Shown in pieces: positions 7,685 through 14,184 of a stretch of DNA of 14,184 bases. A model generated the notes under the pieces. It worked only from the letters and a program-made list of their open reading frames with translations, did no database searches and had not been told where the DNA came from. Position 1 is the stretch's first letter. Every line of letters begins with the position of its first letter. The translations under genes and the position numbers were made by a program. The DNA comes from Thermovirgaceae bacterium (GTDB lineage: Bacteria > Synergistota > Synergistia > Synergistales > Thermovirgaceae): contig JBKHBH010000052.1 in the NCBI GenBank assembly GCA_046542505.1, positions 1-14,184 on the forward strand. Reading direction: 5' to 3'.

Positions 7685-9647
7685 GCGTCTTTTCGCCCCC
7701 TGTATTTCCCTGCAGGATGTCCCTTATGGAGGCCGCCTTTTCGAAATCGAGTTTCTCCACGGCTTTCCACATCATGTGTTCCAGTTCCTGTCTCGGAAGC
7801 TTCATCGTGGAAGATTCGGTTTTCGGTCCTTCCAATATGGTCGAATGAAGTTCTTCTGGAAGGATGTGAACTATTTCCTTTTCTACCGTGCTCGGTTTGA
7901 TTCCATGCTTTCTGTTGAAGTCTATCTGTATCCTGCGCCGACGGGATGTTTCCTCCATCGCCCTCCGGATGCTTCCTGTCTTTCGGTCTGCGTAAAGTAC
8001 AACCATTCCTGCGGCATTTCTCGCCGCCCTGCCTGTCATCTGTACAAGAGACCTGTGAGATCGCAAAAAGCCTTCCCTGTCGGCATCGATTATAGCGACA
8101 AGGGAAACCTCCGGGAGGTCGAGACCCTCGCGGAGAAGGTTAACCCCCACGAGAACAGAGAGGTCTCCACGACGGAGTTCCCGGAGGAGCTCGACCCTTT
8201 CGAAGGCGTCGAGCTCGGAATGAATGTATCTGACGGCGAAACCGAGCTCGGAAAGATACTCGGCCAGATCCTCCGAGGAACGTTTCGTAAGGGTAGTAAC
8301 GAGAGCCCTTTCGCCCTTTTTGACGACATTCCTGAGGCGCTCTACAAGATCGTCCACCTGTCCTGTTGCCGGCGATACCTTGAGGATGGGATCAACCACA
8401 CCTGTAGGACGCACAACCTGCTCAACAACCTGATCCGCCGTCTCTAGCTCCCAGTCTCCGGGAGTGGCCGAAACAAAGCAGACCCTGTCAAGGTATCTCC
8501 TGAATTCATTCCAGGTGAGCGGTCTGTTGTCCAGGCATGAAGGAAGCCGGAATCCATGTTCGACAAGGGTCTGTTTTCTTGCCCTGTCTCCGTTGTACAT
8601 TCCCTGGACCTGGGGTATGGTGATATGGGATTCATCGATGATGAAAAGGAAATCTTCCGGAAAGAAATCCAGGAGCGTTCCGGGAGGTTCGCCGGGTTTC
8701 CGCCCGTCCAGATATCTTGAGTAATTTTCTATGCCGGAACAGTAGCCGACTTCCGAGAGCATTTCCATATCGTATTTTGTCCTCATCTCAAGTCTTTGGG
8801 CCTCGAGTAGCTTCCCACGGGACCGGAAGGCGTCGATCTGCTGCTGGAGCTCCGTCTCGATTTGCTCGAGCGCCTTTGAAACGGCTTCGCCGGAAGTAAT
8901 GTAATGCTGTGCAGGAAAAACGGCGGCGCTTTCCTTTGACAATACGCTTTTTCCGGTAAGGGGATTGATTTCGTCAATCCTTTCGATGGTTTCGTCAAAG
9001 AAAACTACCCGTACGGCCCTGTCACTGTAAGCGGGAAAAATTTCCAGGACTTCCCCCCTGACGCGAAAATTTCCCGGCTCGAGAACAGCATCGTTTCTGA
9101 CGTAGTGGTTTCTGTCAAGCTGCTCGAGGAACTCCCGGCGCGTATAGGTTTCGCCCACGGAAAAGCGAAAAACGGCCTCTTCGTAATTTTTACGTTTTCC
9201 GATTCCGTAGATGCAGGAGACGCTGGCGACCACTATGACGTCACGTCGTTCGAGAAGGGCTTTCGTCGTGGAAAGCCTGAGCTTTTCGATTCTTTCGTTG
9301 ATAGACGCATCTTTTTCTATATAGATGTCACTCGACGGAACGTACGCTTCCGGTTGGTAGTAGTCGTAGTAGCTTACGAAATACTCGACGGCGTTCTCCG
9401 GGAAAAAACTCTTGAATTCGCTGAAGAGCTGGGCAGCCAGGGTCTTGTTGTGGGCCAGAACCAGCGTCGGTACCTTGAGGTTCTGGATAACATGAGCCAT
9501 CGTAAAGGTCTTGCCACTTCCAGTTACTCCGAGAAGACACTGCCGGTTTTGCCTTTTTTTGAACCCCTCGGTAAGGGACTCGATTGCCTTGGGCTGGTCA
9601 CCGGCCGGAGGCCATGGAGCCGCGAGCCGCAAGCGTTGAATCTGCAT
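7614..9647 (-). CDS. uvrB: Excinuclease ABC subunit B
   Basis: PAGDQP, GVTGSGKT, FVSYYDYYQPEAY, DESH, NLLREGLDLPEVSLV, GRAARN, and a C-terminal UVR motif (LDFEKAASIRD). ATG 9647 is preferred over GTG 9659 because the AAGGTG SD sits 9 nt upstream of it. Confidence 0.98.
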   Translation of the reverse strand: MQIQRLRLAAPWPPAGDQPKAIESLTEGFKKRQNRQCLLGVTGSGKTFTMAHVIQNLKVPTLVLAHNKTLAAQLFSEFKSFFPENAVEYFVSYYDYYQPEAYVPSSDIYIEKDASINERIEKLRLSTTKALLERRDVIVVASVSCIYGIGKRKNYEEAVFRFSVGETYTRREFLEQLDRNHYVRNDAVLEPGNFRVRGEVLEIFPAYSDRAVRVVFFDETIERIDEINPLTGKSVLSKESAAVFPAQHYITSGEAVSKALEQIETELQQQIDAFRSRGKLLEAQRLEMRTKYDMEMLSEVGYCSGIENYSRYLDGRKPGEPPGTLLDFFPEDFLFIIDESHITIPQVQGMYNGDRARKQTLVEHGFRLPSCLDNRPLTWNEFRRYLDRVCFVSATPGDWELETADQVVEQVVRPTGVVDPILKVSPATGQVDDLVERLRNVVKKGERALVTTLTKRSSEDLAEYLSELGFAVRYIHSELDAFERVELLRELRRGDLSVLVGVNLLREGLDLPEVSLVAIIDADREGFLRSHRSLVQMTGRAARNAAGMVVLYADRKTGSIRRAMEETSRRRRIQIDFNRKHGIKPSTVEKEIVHILPEELHSTILEGPKTESSTMKLPRQELEHMMWKAVEKLDFEKAASIRDILQGNTGGEKTHAEMDRGKRRKRTQFKKHRRTDS

Positions 9648-9677
9648 GGCTGGTTTCACCTTCTTTGTCCGGATCTG

Positions 9678-9718
9678 AAAAAAGAGCGCTCGGGAAAAAC
9701 ATCCTCCCCCGAACGCTC
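9678..9718 (-). terminator. Intrinsic terminator between ftsH and uvrB
   Basis: Minus strand GAGCGTTCGGG...CCCGAGCGCTC forms an 11-bp stem with one G.U pair, extendable by wobble pairs, followed immediately by TTTTTT. Confidence 0.85.
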
Positions 9719-9760
9719 GAAACAGTCAAAACACTTTTTTTGTCAAACCGGAAAGCAGCT

Positions 9761-11713
9761 TCAATTCCTGTCATTCGACTGTTCAGGATATTCCCCCTGT
9801 ATGTGGTCCAGGGAAGAGGCCGAAAGGTCATCCTCGCCGGACCGGACTTCTTCCTGGTCTTTTTCACCTGTCGGTGCTTCATTATCCTGTTCCGCAGGAA
9901 CGTCTTCTTCTTCAAGGCCTTTCTGCAAGAGTTCATCCAGCCTCGAACCTTCGATTACTTCTTCTTCAAGCAGGATTTTCGAAATCCGTCTGTGTGAATC
10001 TGCGTGTTCAACCAGAAGAGCCCGGACCGTATCGTAACAGTCGTCGACAATTCTGCGGACTTCCTGGTCGATGGCATAAGCGACTTCGTCACTGTAGTTG
10101 CGGTCCTCCATAATATCCCTTCCGAGGAAAACCTCATGGTGTTTTTTCCCGAGTGTTACCGGACCTAGCCTGTCGCTCATGCCGAATTCCGTTATCATTT
10201 GCCTTGCTATCTGCGTTGCCCTTTCAAGGTCGTTCTGGGCCCCGGTGGTAATGTCTTCAAAGTGAAGCTCTTCAGCGACACGACCGCCGAGAAGAACGGA
10301 AATTCTGTTCAAAAGTTCCTTTTTGGACATGAGGAACCGGTCTTCTTCCGGAAGCTGAAGCGTATATCCCAAAGCCGCATGGCCTCTCGGGATGATGGAA
10401 ATCTTGTGGACCGGGTCGCAGCCTGGGAGAAGCTTTGCGACAAGTGCGTGTCCCACCTCATGATAGGCGATGATTTCCTTTTCCCGATCGGAGATGAGCC
10501 GGCTCCGTCGTTCGGGACCGGCGAGTACGCGGTCGATCGCTTCCTCAAATTCACCCATGCTGATGGTCTTCCTGTTCTGCCGGGCCGCGAGAAGCGCCGC
10601 TTCATTGACGAGATTTGCGATGTCTGCTCCGACGAGTCCCGGTGTCCTCCTTGCTATGACCTCAAGATCCACATCATCGGCGAGTTTGACTTTCTTTACG
10701 TGCACTTTCAGGATCGCTTCGCGGCCTTTGAGGTCAGGCCGGTCAACCACGATTTGTCTGTCGAAGCGGCCAGGACGCAGTAATGCCGGATCGAGGATAT
10801 CGGGCCTGTTTGTGGCCGCGATAAGGATAATTCCAGAAGTTTCGTCAAAGCCGTCCATTTCGACGAGCAGCTGGTTCAAGGTCTGCTCACGTTCGTCGTG
10901 TCCACCGCCGAGACCCGCTCCCCGCTGTCTTCCTACGGCATCGATCTCGTCAATGAAGACGATGCAGGGGTTATACTTTTTGGCCTGTTCGAACATGTCC
11001 CTAACCCGTGCCGCCCCCACGCCGACGAACATTTCGACGAAATCCGAACCGCTGATGCTGAAAAACGGTACTTCAGCTTCTCCCGAACAGGCTCGTGCGA
11101 GCAGGGTCTTCCCGGCGCCTGGAGGCCCGAGCAGCAGAACACCTTTTGGGATACGCGCCCCAAGGGAAGCGAATTTGCCCGGTTCTTTCAGGAATTCGAC
11201 GACTTCTTGAAGCTCCTCTTTTGATTCATCGCAACCGGCGACATCGGCAAAGGTAACCTTTGGACGGTTGTCGAGAAAAAGCTTCGCCTTGTTCTTCGCG
11301 AAACTCATAACCCGGTTGCCGCCCCCCTGCATGTGATAGAGGATAAATATCCAGGCCCCGATCAAAAGGAGGGTCGGAAACAGCGAGGACATCATCGTTG
11401 CCCACCATGGAGTTTGTTGTGGTGGTTTCACTTCGACGTCAACGCCTTTTTCAGCCAATTCCCTGGCCAGGTCCCCAATACCGATGGCTGTTGTTGAATA
11501 TTTGGTGCCATCCGCCATCGTACCGGTGATCGTTTCGCCTTCTATCTTTGCTGTTGATATCCTGCCGTCGTTGAAAGCGGAAAGGAATTTGCTGTAGGCA
11601 ATGGGTTCATATTCCGCAGGTCCCTGGACCGGGGAAAGGAACACGTTGACAAGGCTGACGACGAGAACGATCAAAACGAGGTACAGTCCAAGGTTTTTCA
11701 TCATTCGTCCCAA
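9761..11713 (-). CDS. ftsH: ATP-dependent zinc metalloprotease FtsH
   Basis: Two N-terminal TM segments, Walker A GPPGAGKT, Walker [36 protein letters not shown] zinc motif, TGAQNDL. Start moved to TTG 11713 (GAGGTG SD, 8-nt spacing); 650 aa. Confidence 0.98.
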   Translation of the reverse strand: MGRMMKNLGLYLVLIVLVVSLVNVFLSPVQGPAEYEPIAYSKFLSAFNDGRISTAKIEGETITGTMADGTKYSTTAIGIGDLARELAEKGVDVEVKPPQQTPWWATMMSSLFPTLLLIGAWIFILYHMQGGGNRVMSFAKNKAKLFLDNRPKVTFADVAGCDESKEELQEVVEFLKEPGKFASLGARIPKGVLLLGPPGAGKTLLARACSGEAEVPFFSISGSDFVEMFVGVGAARVRDMFEQAKKYNPCIVFIDEIDAVGRQRGAGLGGGHDEREQTLNQLLVEMDGFDETSGIILIAATNRPDILDPALLRPGRFDRQIVVDRPDLKGREAILKVHVKKVKLADDVDLEVIARRTPGLVGADIANLVNEAALLAARQNRKTISMGEFEEAIDRVLAGPERRSRLISDREKEIIAYHEVGHALVAKLLPGCDPVHKISIIPRGHAALGYTLQLPEEDRFLMSKKELLNRISVLLGGRVAEELHFEDITTGAQNDLERATQIARQMITEFGMSDRLGPVTLGKKHHEVFLGRDIMEDRNYSDEVAYAIDQEVRRIVDDCYDTVRALLVEHADSHRRISKILLEEEVIEGSRLDELLQKGLEEEDVPAEQDNEAPTGEKDQEEVRSGEDDLSASSLDHIQGEYPEQSNDRN

Positions 11714-11748
11714 AAGATTCCCACCTCTCGTTCGGCTTCGCCTGTCGC

Positions 11749-12288
11749 TCAGGCAATGGTTTTGAGAACGTGAATATCGGGGAGGTTTCTCCATCGACCG
11801 GAATAATCCAACCCGTATCCCACGACAAATTCATCGGGTATCTCGAACCCCCTGTAGGTAATGTCGATGCTGACGCGCCGGCGGTCAGGCTTGTCAAGGA
11901 GTGTGCAGATTCCGATTGTCTCAGGAGAACGCTCCTGGAGAATGTTCATCAGGTAATGCAACGTAAGTCCCGTGTCCACGATGTCTTCCACTATAAGGAC
12001 CTTTCTGCCGGTAATTTCCTCATCAAGGTCTTTGGTTATTTTCACGACTCCGCTTGACTGCGTGGAAGAACCATAAGAAGAAACCGCCAAAAAATCAAGT
12101 TCCAAGGGCATCGAAGGGTTTATGGAGCGCATAAGATCGGAGAGGAAAACCACCGATCCCTTGAGTACACCGACAAGCAAAAGCGGGTCGGCTCCATTGT
12201 CCTTCTGTATTTCAGCCGCCATTTCCATCACGCGGGCGGCGATCTTTTCTTTTGGTATGATGATCCCGCCGAGACGAGAGGTGTTCAT
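11749..12288 (-). CDS. hpt: Hypoxanthine(-guanine) phosphoribosyltransferase
   Basis: 179 aa with VGVLKGS, SSY, the PRPP motif [14 protein letters not shown], and [18 protein letters not shown] and ATGA overlap with the tilS stop. Confidence 0.97.
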   Translation of the reverse strand: MNTSRLGGIIIPKEKIAARVMEMAAEIQKDNGADPLLLVGVLKGSVVFLSDLMRSINPSMPLELDFLAVSSYGSSTQSSGVVKITKDLDEEITGRKVLIVEDIVDTGLTLHYLMNILQERSPETIGICTLLDKPDRRRVSIDITYRGFEIPDEFVVGYGLDYSGRWRNLPDIHVLKTIA

Positions 12289-13646
12289 CTTTCACGGACC
12301 TCCCTGAAGGTCGGTTGTGCTTCGACAATGATCCCCGAAGAGCATTCGGCGCGATCATTCCGCCCGGTATTGCAGCTATAGGCCGGTATCCAGCATTTTC
12401 CGTCATTTCCCACGATAACAGCCCACTGTCGCCGGAAACACCACGGAACAGGAGTCGTCCGGCGATACTTTTTCTGAAAAGTCGAAATATCTGTCAAAAG
12501 ACAACCGCGCGTTTCTTCTTCTGTGAGGAATATCTGCCACGGTCCCGATAAGCCCGACCGAAAACATGATACATGTCTCCACGAAAAAATCCAGAACCCC
12601 CAAAAGAGAATCCCGTCGGGCTCCTCCAGCGAAAGCGGCCGAACAGGCGGCTGTTTTTCCGAAAGCCAGCGCCTTTCAAGGAGAATAACCTTTTCAGCGC
12701 CCCCGCACATTTCTACCGAATCCTGCCATTGAAAACGCCATGGCTCTTGTTTCAGGAGCAGGTCTGCAAGGGTCTTCAGCCGTCTTCTTTCAATCCTCTT
12801 CAGTCCGAGTTTCCTGCATTCTTCGATAAGGAAATCGATTGCGTTAAACGCACCTGTTTGGACAAGTGCTTTCCGGTCCCAGGCCTGAAGTGCACAGGGA
12901 ACATGCGTCCGTATCCTTGGCGCCATCCTTTTGGCCCAATCGGTTCGTTTGCGGGAAATTCTACGGGCGTCCTCCGCGAGACCAAGCAGGTGTTCTCGCG
13001 TTTTCGGATTAAAGGAAGCCTCGAGATAGGGGATCAGATCATGGCGAATACGGTTCCTCATATAGGCTGTATTCGCGTTTGTGTCATCCGTCATCCAGGG
13101 AAGTCCTCGAGACTTGAGGATTTCCATAAGATCGCTGCGCGAGATTTCCATAATCGGCCTGACGATCTTTCCCCGTTTTTCCGGTATTCCTGCAAGGCCG
13201 TGAATACCGCATCCCCGCAGAATATTATGCAAGACCGTCTCTACCTGGTCATCCGCCGTATGGCCGACGGCTATCCATTCCGCTTCAAAATAATGCGCAC
13301 ATTCCTCGAGGAATCGGTAACGGAGCCTTCTTCCGGCTTCTTCAAGGCTCTCTCCTCTTTTTTTCAAACCGGGCACGTCGATGGTCGTGCTTTTGCAAGC
13401 GAGTCCCCACGTGTCTGCGAGATGCTTCACGAACTTGGCGTCTCTTTCTGCGTCGCCAGTCCTGATTGCGTGGTTGACATGTGCTACGAGAATGTTTTCC
13501 GGGGCTTTGAGCCGCATCAGAAGCCAGAGCATGCACACCGAATCACTTCCGCCTGAAACGGCTACGACCATCTTTCCCGCTTTGCCGTACCATCCCTGTC
13601 TTTTCCCGGCCCGTTTGATGATCGCCAGCACCTGTGTTTCGTCCAC
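12285..13646 (-). CDS. tilS: tRNA(Ile)-lysidine synthase
   Basis: PP-loop AVSGGSDS, HVNHAIR, EEAGRRLRY, GHTADDQVET and RNRIRH motifs, plus tilS-hpt-ftsH synteny. Most likely start is GTG 13646 (GGAG SD 9 nt upstream); ATG 13655 is the alternative. About 453 aa. Confidence 0.95.
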   Translation of the reverse strand: MDETQVLAIIKRAGKRQGWYGKAGKMVVAVSGGSDSVCMLWLLMRLKAPENILVAHVNHAIRTGDAERDAKFVKHLADTWGLACKSTTIDVPGLKKRGESLEEAGRRLRYRFLEECAHYFEAEWIAVGHTADDQVETVLHNILRGCGIHGLAGIPEKRGKIVRPIMEISRSDLMEILKSRGLPWMTDDTNANTAYMRNRIRHDLIPYLEASFNPKTREHLLGLAEDARRISRKRTDWAKRMAPRIRTHVPCALQAWDRKALVQTGAFNAIDFLIEECRKLGLKRIERRRLKTLADLLLKQEPWRFQWQDSVEMCGGAEKVILLERRWLSEKQPPVRPLSLEEPDGILFWGFWIFSWRHVSCFRSGLSGPWQIFLTEEETRGCLLTDISTFQKKYRRTTPVPWCFRRQWAVIVGNDGKCWIPAYSCNTGRNDRAECSSGIIVEAQPTFREVRER

Positions 13647-13687
13647 GAAAAGCATCTCCACCTGTTGTTGGACCTTTGCTTCTGATG

Positions 13688-13716
13688 AATAAAACGGCGG
13701 GAGCGAAGCTCCCGCC
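13688..13716 (-). terminator. Intrinsic terminator after tRNA-fMet, upstream of tilS
   Basis: Minus strand GGCGGGAGC-TTC-GCTCCCGCC (perfect 9-bp stem) followed by GTTTTATT. Confidence 0.8.
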
Positions 13717-13795
13717 TCCATTGTACGACATGCTCGCTTTTTGGGCTTTTTCGGTGCTTCGCGTCTTGCTGGACGTTTTATCACCGTAAGATTTC

Positions 13796-13872
<77 letters not shown>

Positions 13873-13911
13873 ATTTCGACTTGCTCCCGATGTTGCCTGC
13901 TCCGGTTCGGT

Positions 13912-13940
13912 ATTCTACCAGAACCAGACAAATAATTGAA
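13912..13940 (-). promoter_or_regulatory. Candidate extended -10 promoter for the downstream tRNA-fMet copy
   Basis: TG-g-TAGAAT (13920-13912), weak -35 TTCAAT (13940-13935) at 17-nt spacing, and an A-rich upstream region. Confidence 0.65.
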
Positions 13941-13995
13941 CTCTTCCAGGTGTTTTTGGGAATTTAAATCCTTTCTTTTCGCCCCGGGTTTCCAT

Positions 13996-14025
13996 GAAAG
14001 AACGGAAGGTTGCAACCTTCCGTTC
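13996..14025 (-). terminator. Perfect palindrome / probable terminator after elongator tRNA-Met
   Basis: GAACGGAAGGTTGCAACCTTCCGTTC (14000-14025) is a perfect 26-bp palindrome. Only a short TTTC follows on the minus strand. Confidence 0.65.
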
Positions 14026-14048
14026 CCCGGTTTTTTGCTGGAAGGAAC

Positions 14049-14125
14049 TGGTGGCGGTGAGTGGAGTCGAACCACTGACACTGCGGGTATGAACCGCATG
14101 CTCTAGCCAACTGAGCTACACCGCC
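14049..14125 (-). tRNA. Elongator tRNA-Met (CAT)
   Basis: GGCGGTG/CACCGCC acceptor stem (paired G1:C72, C3:G70), anticodon arm TGCGG-TTCATAC-CCGCA, encoded CCA; 77 nt. It resembles Firmicutes-type elongator Met rather than Ile2. Confidence 0.9.
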
Positions 14126-14128
14126 ATT

Positions 14129-14184
<56 letters not shown>

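Noticed and set aside
7551..11224. Long plus-strand ORFs (7551-8447, 9105-10037, 10199-10783, 10470-11210) opposite uvrA, uvrB and ftsH
   Set aside because: These are antisense shadows of conserved genes with no protein-family features.
12573..13556. 327-aa plus-strand ORF antisense to tilS
   Set aside because: It lies wholly opposite a well-supported gene and has no recognisable motifs; typical antisense shadow ORF.

Overview
This window is an intact bacterial core-genome segment with every gene on the minus strand. The gene order and the FtsH N-terminus suggest Synergistota, but that is an inference. In transcription order (right to left): tRNA-fMet (partial), elongator tRNA-Met, a second tRNA-fMet with its own promoter, tilS-hpt-ftsH, an intrinsic terminator, uvrB-uvrA-rlmB(TrmH family), tRNA-Val(GAC), acpS-nnr-tsaE-tsaB, an AT-rich intergenic region, and then the start of a (2Fe-2S)-protein plus FAD-oxidoreductase operon (sarcosine oxidase alpha / HcnAB / dye-linked proline dehydrogenase-like) that runs off the left edge. 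I found no mobile element, CRISPR array, pseudogene or unassigned large CDS, and I cannot support a claim of a new biological system. The points worth a second look are small and mostly regulatory: terminators directly in front of uvrB and tilS with possible promoters nested in them, a consensus tRNA promoter whose -10 box begins with the rlmB stop codon, long overlaps that give UvrB and UvrA basic tails, a non-canonical LSAGE signature in UvrA, and G37 in tRNA-Val(GAC). Several ORF-track starts are over-extended and were corrected using Shine-Dalgarno (SD) and overlap evidence.
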